Source of the DNA: Vicugna vicugna
Taxonomy: Eukaryota
Length of the DNA stretch: 64,000 bases
Assembly (NCBI GenBank): GCA_013265495.1
Contig: MU059126.1
Location: 12,646,291 to 12,710,290, forward strand
Direction of reading: 5' to 3'
Shown here: one piece after another, positions 1-11,430 of the stretch
Numbering within the stretch: the first letter of the stretch is position 1
Layout of the letters: every line of letters begins with the position of its first letter
The notes under the pieces: model-generated
Seen by the model: the letters and a program-made list of their open reading frames with translations, nothing else
The model's database searches: none
Told to the model about the DNA's origin: nothing
Position numbers and translations under genes: made by a program

Positions 1-32
1 CTGAAGAAGATAAGCAGAAATTATCTTACCTA

Positions 33-251
33 TGTGCAGCTACTGACTACTATGTATAAAACAGATAAACAACAAGTTTCTTCTGTACAGCACAGGGAAC
101 TAGATTCAATGTCTTGTAGTAACCCACAATGAAAAAGAATATGAAAACAAATTTATGTATGTACATGTATGACTAGAACATCACACTGTACACCAGAAAT
201 TGACACAACATTGTAAACTGGCTATACTACAATTAAAAAATAAATTTAAAA
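33..251 (+). mobile_element. 5'-truncated L1 3' UTR with A-rich tail
   Basis: Typical L1 3' UTR text (aacaagtttcttctgtacagcacagggaac...tacaccagaaattgacacaacattgtaaac) ending in an A-rich tail; 15-bp TSD aaattatct(t/g)accta at 18-32 and 252-266. Confidence 0.9.
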
Positions 252-344
252 AAATTATCTGACCTAAATATGGAAATAATGAGAGCGATCAATCATGATG
301 ACCTACTAGGTATTGGAATTTTATATACTTTCTGATCCTCACCA

Positions 345-470
345 CCTTAAAAGTAGACATTACTATCCTATTTTATAAATATAAACTCTGAGGTTCAAAG
401 ATCCGCCCCAGGTCACATTGCTAGAAAGTGCCTAAGATGAGTTCTGAATCCTGCTTTTTCTGAGCAAAGC
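345..470 (-). mobile_element. MIR fragment
   Basis: Degenerate MIR core (cctattttata...ctgaggttc...caggtcaca); boundaries approximate. Confidence 0.6.
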
Positions 471-502
471 ACACATTGTATCATAGACACGCTTCTCCCT
501 TG

Positions 503-672
503 GACAGCGATTCTCAGCCCTGACAGCCCTGGGGAGGCTTTAAAACTGTCAGTGCTCAGAACCCGTCCAAAACAACTGAATCACTGCCTCAGGGGGTGGG
601 GGCAAAACCCAGGCACCTGTGATTTATAAAGCCTTCCAGGTGGGTCTGCTGCTCTGTCTGGGCTGAGAACCC
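503..672. mobile_element. MER5A-like hAT MITE
   Basis: cagcgattctcagcc...gggctgagaacc termini, internal aactgaatcact and ttccaggtg motifs. Confidence 0.7.
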
Positions 673-2534
673 CTTATCCAGACTCTGCTATCTTCTGAAA
701 TGTGTAAAATGAAGAGTAACTTACAGCAATGCATTTCCTGTGATGTAGTCCATTCATCAGTTTAAAGTAGCTTAACTGAAGGCTCGTTCGCATCATTTAC
801 TCCCGGAGCTACTTTTCCCTGCTTGGAAAGTCATCCGTCCACATTTGGAGGAAGAATCTCACGACACTATTTTTTTCTAGATTATGAGCCATACAGTTGT
901 TTCCTGTGACTTTTTTCAATCACAACATATTTTTGAGAGCCCCCTTTGTGTCTTTATTATCACTCCTGAGAGACATAAAAAAAGAAAATCAGCCACTGTT
1001 CCTCCCAACGAGCTTGGGGTCATCACTGCAACAAATATTGATTGAGTTTATTGACCTGGGCCATCTGGTATAAAACAGCAAATCGTGGACGTGTAACTCC
1101 TGCGTCTCAGCACCTAGAGTCTGGTACAGCGATAGGAGCTGACATGCAAACTGGTAAATAAAGATGTAATTACAAATTATGGTCAGTGTCATGACGGAAA
1201 TAAACAGAGAGGGGTCTCCTTTAGACTGGGTGGTCAGCGGTCATTTCCATGAAACGGCTTCAAAATCCTGAGGTTGTTTGATAGTTGTCTGGTGTATTCA
1301 GGAGAGTTAATTTTATAACAACGAATCTACCCAGGATGTCTGACTCTTTCCCTGGGATAATGTTTTTGAGCTGCATCCTGTTAAGTGTATCAACAGTTTC
1401 TTATTATTTGCTAAGCAGAATTCAACTGTATGAATATACCCTCTGTGATGTTTATGCACAAGAAAGTTTAAGAATCACTGAATTTGATTGTTTGTCGGCT
1501 CTTTCAGGGCAGGAAGAATGCCTGAGACATTGATTGTACTTGCCAAAAATCTTGGCCCACGGTATTGCCCTCGGCAGGCATTCAACACACATTAGCTGAT
1601 TGGATGAATTTTGATGATCACGGATAAGACCTATAATTCTCTCTCTTAGTTCTCTCTCCAGTGTCCCCAGCCACAATATTCATGTGACGGCTTTTTTTTT
1701 TTTAATATAAAGTAGATGTTAATTTAAGCCAACATAAAGACAGAAGCAATTGAGCATTTTCACACAAGGCAAATGGTTCACTCAAGGGGTCACATTATCA
1801 GCGTCGAACCTGTTTGTTCTCAGGATTCTTTAAAATCAGATGTGTCCAGTGCAGACAGATGTTGCCTCATTCATCACCATGTCCATGTCCATGTCCACGG
1901 CTGGTTTTGACTCTTTAGCTTGAATGTTAGTTAATTACACAAAATTCAGATGTGCTGAGAGGTGAGGATACCCTAAGTTGCTAGGAAACCGTGGTCCCTC
2001 TTTATTCGTCTCTGCTTCCACTACAGCCCGAGTCACAGCGCCTAGCATCCAGTTGGTGCTCAGTGAAGGTTTCTGGAATTGAACTGAATGTAGACAAATT
2101 GCTTGGATACCAAATACGAATGTGCACAATCTGTTTATCCATAATCATTACTTTGGGAACATTCAAAGAAGCCCTTCCCCAGCCTGCCTTTTAATGCAGG
2201 GCGCATTTCTGAGCTGAGACTAATGTTCCGCAGAATGTCTCCCACGAAACCAGACTAACATTTAAAACAGTTAGTATGCCAGAAGCAGCCTGGGCAATGT
2301 CAGCGTGGCTTGCGATTACGAGCTGGTCTACATGAAGAAAACAAGTTCCCTTGAATAAACTGGACTGTATACAGGCTGCAAAAACCTATTAAAACAAAGG
2401 GAGACTGGCTCGATGAAGCTGAAAGGCTTGGACATATTGTTGCCGATTAAAATTTATTCATTAATTATAGGATAAAGCTGTCAAGAGGGATTCCATTTTG
2501 ATAGAAGGCAGCTAGAAGTTAGTTGTTGAGTATT

Positions 2535-2700
2535 TGAACTCTGGAGTCAGAATTAGATCTTCCACACCCTAGCTGAGACCTGGGAGGATCCGCCTAACCC
2601 CGCTGACCTTTAGTTCCCTGACCTACAGAGAGGTGTTGATATTAACAGCCTCACTGGGCTGTACTCTGATTGAATTATATGATGCATTGTATAATGCCTT
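2535..2700 (+). mobile_element. MIR fragment
   Basis: gaactctggagtcaga...cttagttccctgacctaca; approximate boundaries. Confidence 0.6.
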
Positions 2701-2714
2701 CTTAGGCAAGTTGT

Positions 2715-2870
2715 GGATGGAAATTCAGCACATCCCCATCATCTTGGAGCTTATTGGAAATGCAGAGACTGAAGTCCAACCCCAGACCTCCTGAATCAGA
2801 AACCCCATTTTAGCAAGATCCCAAGGTGACTTGCACGCCCATTAAAGTGTGAGAAATGCGGATCTTAAAA
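2715..2870. mobile_element. MER5A-like hAT MITE
   Basis: ggagcttattggaaatgcaga...ccccagacctcctgaatcagaaac...aagatcccaaggtgac...taaagtgtgagaa. Confidence 0.75.
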
Positions 2871-3969
2871 CATGTTACATGTGCCAGGGACACAGGAAAT
2901 GCTTCATAAATATTTGCTACTAGTATTGTACAGAAAATTTTAGGAATATAAATAAAATTCAGTTCTACCTCCTCCCAAGGGATAGTCAGATGCATTTCTT
3001 TACCGTATTGTATATGTCTTTTATCTTCCTAGGATTGTTCACTGTTGCAAAGATCAATGGTCTTTTAACATACGACATTCCGTGTAAACCCTGACCTTCT
3101 TAATTTTGATGATCATTTGTACAACCAGGGTTGAATAGTCGATACTGATCACCTAAAAAGCAGGCTAGGTTTCTTTGTGTATTTCAAACGTACAGCTTTA
3201 TCAAAACTGGCAGGCTGATGCCCACATGAAATTGTTAATTGACCTTCTCTCCCTCCTCACACCCATGGACAGATACATCGGTTTTAAATGGATTCTTCAC
3301 ACTCTGACAGCTTGGTTACCAGTTTCCACACCTATAATTGACAGAAAAAGATGCAACATAAGAGAAAAAATTGTAAAAATTTTAGGAGGCAATCATTTCT
3401 AGTTTCCTTGAGCCTGTTAACAAAGATGGGAGACAATGTGTATTGGGTGAGGGGGCAGCAATGTTTTCCTCCTGGATTTTTCCCCTTTACATCAGTACAC
3501 TTGTGTGTGCTCTCTGGAAACCTCTAAGAGAAATAAATGGCTCCATCTGTGTCTTTAAGGATCCTCCATCTCCCCTGAGTAGGAGCTGGGAGCACAGCAA
3601 AGACACTGCACACCCTGTGAGCTTCCAATGAAAAGTACAAACAGTCGACACGTCCCTCCAGCCTGAGAAGAGATGCTCTCCCCACCGGTCACCGTTCTGG
3701 TCCCTCCATTCCACACAGTCTCCCTTGCTTCCCTGTGTTAGGGCCCAGAATATTAGCACCAACACTCCCTTTGCCTTCAATACTCTTCTCCTAAATATCT
3801 GTTTGACTCCTCTCTCCTATTTCTTCAGGTCTCTCTGAGATGTCTCCTTATGCGAAAGGGCTTTCCTGATTACCCTTAGTGAAATAGCTCTCTCTCTCCT
3901 CCAACCCCTGCCCTAATGGATCATCCAGTCTGGTGAGAGACAGATATTAATCAAAGAATCATGCAAATA

Positions 3970-4589
3970 TATATCCTGAAGGACCTATAATTCAAAAAGA
4001 TACATGCACCCCAATGCTCATAGGAGCCAAGACATGGAAACAACCTAAATGTCCATCGACATGTGACTGGATAAAGAAGCTGTGATACATTTATACAATG
4101 GGATACTACTCGGCCATGAAAGAGAATGAAATAATGCCATTTGCAGCAATATCGATGGGCCTGGAGATTGTCATTCTAAGTGAAATAAGCCAGAAAGAGA
4201 AAGAAAAATACCATATGATATCACTCATATATGGAATCTAAAAAAAAGGGGAAAAAAGGACACAAATGAACTTATTTGCGAAACAGAGACAGACTCATAA
4301 ACATAGAAAACAAACTTATGGTCACCAGGGGGAAGGGGGTGGGAAGGGGTAAATTGGGAGTTCAAGATTTGTAGATACTAACTACTGTATATAAAATACA
4401 TAAACAACAAGTTTCTTCTGTCTGGCACAGGGAACTATATTCAACACCTCACAGTAACCTATAATGAAACAGAATACGAAAAGGAATATATGCGTGTATA
4501 TGTATGACTGAAACATGATGCTGTACACCAGAAATTGACACAACATTGGAAACTGACTAACTACAATAAGAAAATAAAACACACACAAA
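3970..4589 (+). mobile_element. 5'-truncated L1 (ORF2 C-terminus plus 3' UTR) inserted into an L2 fragment
   Basis: aaaagatacatgcaccccaatg...ccatttgcagcaa...G-rich tract...A-rich tail; 17-bp TSD aaagaatca(t/c)gcaaata at 3953-3969 and 4590-4606; flanks resemble L2. Confidence 0.92.
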
Positions 4590-4877
4590 AAAGAATCACG
4601 CAAATAAATTTAAACTTAGCACTAAGGACTGAGGGAAGGCAGGCCCAGCCCTAGGAGAGTGTATCAAAAAGGGGGACTGACTTGATTGGAAGAATTGGAT
4701 AGAGTTTTCCCCAGAAGTGAGAGTAGAGCTGATCATTGAAAAACGGGATAACAAAAGAATGGTGCTGAGATTTAAAACAGCCTTGAACATTTATCAACTA
4801 CATATATAGAGGTTGAGTGCAACATCTCAAGGTTCTGTTTGCCTTCAATAGTCTCCATTATTTGCACTAGTATCCAC

Positions 4878-4880
<3 letters not shown>

Positions 4881-4910
<30 letters not shown>
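4881..4910. repeat. (AC)15 microsatellite
   Basis: Perfect dinucleotide run. Confidence 0.97.
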
Positions 4911-4912
<2 letters not shown>

Positions 4913-5939
4913 TTTGCTTTCTAGCTCTTATGCAACCTGTGGTGTCAGCTATAATTTCTTTTTCTTACAGAAGATGTTCCTCATGCACCTTAAGGAGGTC
5001 AAGGTCTCCAGTTTTATGCTGTTGTCCTCACATTGACTCGGCAGCCTTGGTGACAGATTTTTCCCCTCCTTTTTTGGTAAGGAGTACAATGAGATTATAC
5101 GGGCTTCACACACCTTGCACCACATGAATATGCAACAAGCATTAGCTCTCAGTGCAGGGATAGATCTGTGAACTCACCAGAAATCCTTTGGAAAGGGCCT
5201 GAATTAAGAACTCAATTAAGTCATTAAAAATAGGGTCTCAGTAGAACTCAGGTATATGTACCATGGAAATGAATCATTCTACAAAGATCCCACCACTGGT
5301 GGCTGCTGAGACAAAGAGCAGAACTTAAAAAGAGAAGCCATAATTCCCTCTGGGGCTACAGGACCCAGTGGATCACCTCTCCTCTTTCAATTTGAGAGCG
5401 TGCTTAGTTAGTTAGAAATTGTGTGTTCTGGCCATTCCAGGGTAAAAATTCCAACGTTGTGAGAAGGAAGTCTGGAAATGCAGATTATTCCTCAGAAAGC
5501 ACTTGTCACACAAACCACCCAGGACCTCAGAGAATTGCTTCTTTAATTGATATTTGTGTTGTTTTTTCATTTAATGAATGCTTACAGAGAAGCTGCCATG
5601 TGGTGTATACTTTGCACATCCTACCTCGTGGGAATCATTACGACAGCCCCGTGGGGAATGTGCAGTTGCTATTCCCAGTTTCCAGATAATGGAATTGAGG
5701 CTGTTTTTGCTCTGCTTTGCTAATGTATACAAAGCATATAGGTAAGACAAAGCATGATGCACTGAAGGCATCCAAGGAAACTGGGTGTCCCCAGAGGGAA
5801 GAAGCGCAGAATAAGATCTATAAGGGTCAGATCTGTTGCTAAGTTAAGCAGTTTGAATTTATCTTGAAGAAAATTAGAAGCTACTAGGGGATTTTAAAAC
5901 AGAAGACTGATACGATGTTATTGCAGTTTTATAGCACAT

Positions 5940-6390
5940 CAGCTAAAAAATCTTTTTGTTGAAAGCAAAAGAAAATCTGGTCCAAACTGGATTGGTTCAT
6001 GTCATTGTGAACCAGGTGAGCTTCAGGTGAGCTTTGATCCAGGTGTTCAAAAATATGTTCCCAGGACTCAGTCCCTCTCTTTCCTGTTTCTTAACTATGA
6101 TTCCTCATTGCTGGATCTATTTTGGGCAAGTCTCACTCCATGTGCTGTCAACATAAATGTCAACCCTTTTTAGACTATATGATTTCTTATCTACATCTGG
6201 TGGGGGAGAGAGAGGACCTGCTTCTCTAAGAGCTTACAAGAAATGCCTTTAAACTGAACCTCTGCCCTGATTTGGTGATGTGCCCACTTCTTGTATAGGC
6301 TAGGGGAACAGTCCTCCAACTGGTATAGGCCTGGGTCACAAGATCTACATCTGGAGCTGGCAGTGAGATCAGCTTCAGCCAGATACACTC
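5940..6390 (-). mobile_element. MLT1-type (MaLR) LTR
   Basis: ttgaaagcaaaagaaaatctggtccaaactgg...ctctgccctgatttggtgatgtgcccactt motifs of old MLT1J/K-like LTRs; approximate. Confidence 0.65.
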
Positions 6391-6803
6391 AGTTAAGATT
6401 GGAGAAGTCCCAGAGGAGGTTCAGAATCCTGGCTTAATGTGACATTTTCACTCTTAAGGAAGTAGAAGTTGTCCACTCTACGTGCCCCGTGACAGCGGCA
6501 GGCCAGGGGTGTGGTTTTCCTGCTAGAGGTCTGATGCCGTGTGGGCAAAGCTTCAAGTTTCGATGTGACTCCGAAGGAGAATTTTATTTTTTATTCCATC
6601 TATTTTTGGGCAAGAAAATTCATGTTCTAAAAGAAGATAAATATGTAAGGTGATGTGATGCGTCAATTAACAACTGGAGCTAAACCTTTTCACAGTGCAC
6701 ATATTTCTCAAATCTCCATAATGTATGCTTTAAATTTCTTACAATTTTCTAGCTCAATTATACCCATATGCCTACCGAATGTTTTGTTGAAAAGGAGTAT
6801 TTT

Positions 6804-6868
6804 CGGAAGTAGGAAGTGTCCTACACGATCCTGTGGTTGGTTAGCCAATGGTTCAGTCAAGGGCGGAG
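6804..6868 (+). promoter_or_regulatory. ETS-ETS-RUNX-CCAAT-GC box motif cluster
   Basis: CGGAAGT 6804, AGGAAGTG 6811, TGTGGTT 6832, GCCAAT 6844, GGGCGGAG 6861; motif match only. Confidence 0.4.
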
Positions 6869-7989
6869 GGAGCGAAGAATGGTACAAAACAAAGGGAAAG
6901 TAGGTTGGATATTTTTCATCATTTGTACTAGTCAGGAGAAGAAATTCATCAATGTTCCCTCAAAATTGTAGCCATGGCCAAAAGAGACCTTCCATCATTT
7001 TCCATCACCATAATTGGTTGGCCCTTTCCTACTGGCAGTAACAAGCTTTATGTTGGGAGCTCACAGCAAAATGAGCTACCATTCTCAGCTCTTACAAGAA
7101 GCAATAAATTTCAACAGAAAAAAAAAAGTATTTCTGTAAAACAAAACCAGCAAATATCTCCAACTAGGGGAGTTAGGTCTGAAAGAAAACTAGAGAAATT
7201 AAAGTTTGAGTTTCAGACTGTGAATAACATATTTTATTTTCCATGATTGATTTTTGCCGGTTAATTAGAATGATACCTTATTGACTGTACCTTTTTATCT
7301 TTCTCAACAACAACAACAGAAATTATATTTCCTTGTGGTATTATTTCTACTTTTATGCTTGAACACTTTTCATCGCAGAATCTTGTAGAAACTGGCAATT
7401 AATAAAACAGATTAAAATGAAATCTTGACAGAACACTTTCTAGAAGGATCCAAACTCTCTTGGATTGAGACGTTTAAAAGAAAAGAAATAAAGCTTAAAG
7501 TGATCGTCTTCACAGTTTTGATATTGTATTTTAGTGTCTGCCCTCATGCCAAGTAAAATACAGGAATCAAGATACAAGGGCAAAATAAACAGATTGCACC
7601 AATTTTATTGCACCTTGATGTTAAGAACATCTGCTTGATGAGGCTATAAAATTCATATTTAAATCCCACTAGACTAGAACATTAGACTGAGGAGGACGGG
7701 GATGGTTCTGCTTATTTCCACTCTATTAATGTCTTGCCCATAATAGGAGTTTAAGAAATTGTTTGAGCAGATAAATTTAAGATGAGGAAACTGATGTTCT
7801 ATGAGTCAATTGAGTAAGCAAGTCTTAAAGCTATGAGAGGATCAGAATTATGCCTTGGGTCTCTTAATCTGCCCCAACCCAATGTTCTATTATCTAATTA
7901 GAATAATAATAAGAGATAACATGCCTGGACATACTACTGTATCCTCAGGATCATTTCCCCTTCTGCCTTCCCATCAGCTTCCAATTTTC

Positions 7990-8450
7990 ATTGGAGATCC
8001 ATGGGATCTTAAAAATCTGACTCCATTCTCAGCTCCGGGAGCACCTGACCTAAGTTAAGCCAGTCAAGGCATTCTACCTTCTGGTTGCAGTGATTGGTTC
8101 AGAGTAGGGATGTGACCCAGGCCAATCCAATTAGGCTGACTCTCAGAGCTTTAACAAGAAAAGTTCTCACATATGCTTTCTTTCTCCAGATAGAACGGGG
8201 TATCTGTGTGTGTCCTAGAACTCCCGCAGGGATGGGCAGAATAAGGACGGTGGTGGGTGCGGTCATTTTGGTCATTTTGGAAGCCATTCAGATGAAAATG
8301 CAGATTCACCTAGAGGGTGTAACCAAGAGAATTAAGGGAACCAGAGCCAGTGTCCACTGTAAATCTCCAGACTAATCCACCCCTAAAAGTTTGAGTTACC
8401 TTAGAAAGTTCTTCCATGTGAAACAACACATTTCCCTTTGTTGTCTGAGC
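7990..8450 (+). mobile_element. MLT1-type LTR
   Basis: gattggttcagagtagggatgtgacccaggccaatccaat...gtcattttggaagcc...catttccctttgttg; approximate. Confidence 0.65.
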
Positions 8451-8529
8451 TGAATTTGGGATGGAAAAGGAGTGAAGACCAACGCAGTGATATCTGCAGC
8501 ACTCTTAGCATGTGCAGATATGGTGATAA

Positions 8530-8700
8530 GTACTTAACATAACAATAGTTTATTTAATCTTTGCAACATTTATAAGAAGTAGTAATTGCATTATCCCATT
8601 TACCGATGAAGAAACTGAGGCTCCAAAGAAGCTACATGATGTGCCCGATTACAGAGCTATGAACTCTGGCTCCAGAGCTCAGGCAGTTAACTGCTGTTCT
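8530..8700 (-). mobile_element. MIR
   Basis: cccatttaccgatgaagaaactgaggctcc. Confidence 0.7.
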
Positions 8701-8749
8701 ATAATCCCTAAAACACACTGCCTCCTTTCAGACCCTCTCTCCCACTCAG

Positions 8750-9060
8750 GGCCTTTTAATTTGTATTTCTTCCTGGTTAATTAAGAAGGTTGTTCTTGTC
8801 ATTCATGTCTCAGGTCAGTTAACACCTCTGAAGTGGCCTCCTCTGACCGCTTTGTCTAAAGTAGGACCCTCGCAGGAACTCAGTGTCCCATCACCTTGTT
8901 TGTTTTCTTCAGTATGTTCTTCTCATTGCGTGTTTATCCCCCACTGGAATGTAGACTCTGTGAAGGCAGAAACCTTGTTCACTCCTGTATTTTCTGTGCC
9001 CTGCCAAGAGCGTGGCATGGGTTGGGCACTCAATACACACATAATATTTTTGAGTGAATA
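8750..9060 (+). mobile_element. L2 3' end
   Basis: ctggaatgtagactctgtgaaggcag...gggcactcaata...ttttgagtgaata. Confidence 0.7.
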
Positions 9061-9096
9061 GATACCTCAATTAATTAGAAATAATTATAATGATCC

Positions 9097-10047
9097 ATTT
9101 CCTTCCTTCTGCTGCCTTTGGGGTTTTTGCTATTCTTTTTCTAATTCTTTCAGCTGGTGGATTAGATTGTTTATTTGAGATTGTTCTTCTTTTTTGAGGA
9201 AGGCCTGTATCGCTATAAACTTCCCTCTTAGCACTGCCTTTGCTGCATCTCATATATTTTGTGTGGTCGTGTTTTCATTTTCATTTATCTCAAGGTATTT
9301 TTTAATTTCAACTTTGATTTCATCATTGACCCATTGGTGTTTTAAATAGCATGTTGTTTAATCTCCATGCTTTCCTTTTTTTCTCCTTTGTTTTTCTGTA
9401 GTTGATTTCTAGTTTCATGGCATTGTGGTCAGTAAAGATGCTTGAGATAATTTCTATCTTCTTAAAATTGTTGAGGCTTCTTAGTGCCCAAGTATCAATC
9501 CTAGAAAATGTTCCATGTGCACTTGAAATTAATGTATATCCTATTTTTGGGGGGTGTAATGCTCTGAGACTATCCACCAAATCTAATTTTTCTATTGTAT
9601 CATTTAATTCCTCTGTTGCCTTATTTATTTTCTGCCTGGAAGAACTGTCTAGTGATGTTAATGAGGTGTTAAAATCTCCAACAATGATTGTATTCCCATC
9701 AATTTCCCCCTTTATCTCTGTTAGTAATTGTTTTATGTACTTAGGTGCTCCTATATTGGGTGCATAGACATTAACGAGTGTAATATCCTCATCTTGTATT
9801 ACTCCTTTAATCATTATAAAATGTCCTTCTTTGTGGCCTTTGTTTTAAAGTCCATTTTGTCTGAAATCAGTACTGCAACACCTGCTTTTTTGGCTTTTCC
9901 ATTTGCATGGAATATCCTATTCCATCCTTTCACTCTCAATCTATATGTGTCCTTCTCCCTAAAGTGGGTCTCTTGTATGCAGCATATTGAAGGTTCTTGC
10001 TTTATTATCCAGTCTGCCACTCTGTGTCTTTTGATTGGAGCATTTAG
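9097..10047 (-). mobile_element. Internal L1 ORF2 fragment (endonuclease domain and linker)
   Basis: Minus-strand translation gives the L1 EN signatures ICCIQETH, AGVAVLISDK, NVYAPN, IVGDFNT, FSRID and DHNAMKLEIN; no 3' UTR or poly(A). Confidence 0.95.
9323..10020 (-). pseudogene. Frameshifted L1 ORF2p apurinic-like endonuclease remnant
   Basis: Two abutting ORFs (9814-10020 and 9323-9814) in different frames; the KDKEGHY segment is deleted or frameshifted, with further frameshifts downstream. Confidence 0.9.
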
Positions 10048-10719
10048 ATCATAATCTCACTCCCATTAATGTATCTTAACAAAATAAAACAAGGATGGAG
10101 AGCAATAGAGAGAAAGAGAGACAATGTAGAGCCCTAGAGACCAGGAACGCTGGTAGATTGGTTTGTTTTGCTGTGACACTCAAGCAGCTTGATGAGTCAG
10201 CAGGTCTCCATTCATCTGTGAATAGCCAAGTTATCATTTTAAATGTCCTCTGTACCCAGTCATATGCCTGGCTGCCCAAACAGCTATTTAAGGGAAGAGG
10301 GGAAGGAGTTGACTCCAGGCTGTGTGTGATTCATGAGCACAAGGAGACTGAGTGGAAGGAAAATGGAATGAAAATGAATGATTAACAAGATCAGCTCTCG
10401 GCCAGGTCCGTGTAAACTCTGAGGGCCTCTCTTTAGTATGGTCCTCCCTTAAAGCCCACTTCTGCTAGAGCAGTCTTGGAAAAACTCTTAGCCTACAGCT
10501 GTGCCCTGCAACACATCCCCCCAAGCCCCCTCAACTTCAGAACCACTGTGATGGACAGTTCCACATACATTGCCCATGCCCCACCTCCAAAGCATGCCTG
10601 GGGAAGTCTATCCACTTTTCTGTCTCTGAAGGCGAATTGGCCCTAAAATGTGGGGTAGTGTCCCAGAGCCATCCTCAACCAGTGAAGGATGGAAGCCAGA
10701 AGTCAGTAGTGCCCAGTCT

Positions 10720-10860
10720 CCCATTCATACAGTTAAGAATATTGAGACTCAGAGAGAATAACTTGCTTGCCCAAAGCAAAACTAGCAGGTAATCTAAGAT
10801 GTGACTTTGACCCAGTCTTATGATTCCAAATCTTAAAATCTTTCCCCAGCCCAGGCAGCC
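10720..10860 (-). mobile_element. MIR
   Basis: ccattcatacagttaagaatattgagactcagagag...ttgcccaaag. Confidence 0.6.
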
Positions 10861-11169
10861 TCAGCAAGCAGCTCATGAGACAACCAGATATTTTTAGAAC
10901 TTGAATACTACTGTTATTAGTCTCCTGAGTTCTATAAATTTCCTACTGACTTGCAAAGTAATTTTGAGGGACAAAGATCTGGCATGTAGAACTCAATATA
11001 CATTTTTTTCAATGTATGTTTAAATGATTGAAAAGATGAGTAAGTGGAAAATGGAAATACTTCCTTATTGATTCCCTAATATTGCAAATTAAAACAAAAA
11101 TGATTAACTCATGGTGACAACTACCATTATAGCAAGAGACTCAAATATGTTAAAAAAAAAAAAAGATTC

Positions 11170-11430
11170 CAGACCAGAGCTGGAATCTTACCACTTACTA
11201 ACTTTGGGATTTTGAGTAACTCAATTTACAGGGTTATGCAGAGAATTAAATGAGATAATATTTCCTCCAATGTCTAGGGCAATTTCAGAAATATAATAGG
11301 CATTCAACAAGGAGACGTTTTAATTAATTAATTAAAATATATTATGTGCTTGTTCTATGCCAGTCACTGTGCAAGTCACAGGGGGAACCAATAAAAGTCA
11401 ATACCTGCCCTCAACGAGCCCACAGCCTGT
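11170..11430. mobile_element. MIR (+) followed by L2 (-) fragment
   Basis: ctggaatcttaccacttacta...aattaaatgagataat; then gttctatgccagtcactgtgc...cctgccctcaacgagcccacag. Confidence 0.6.
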
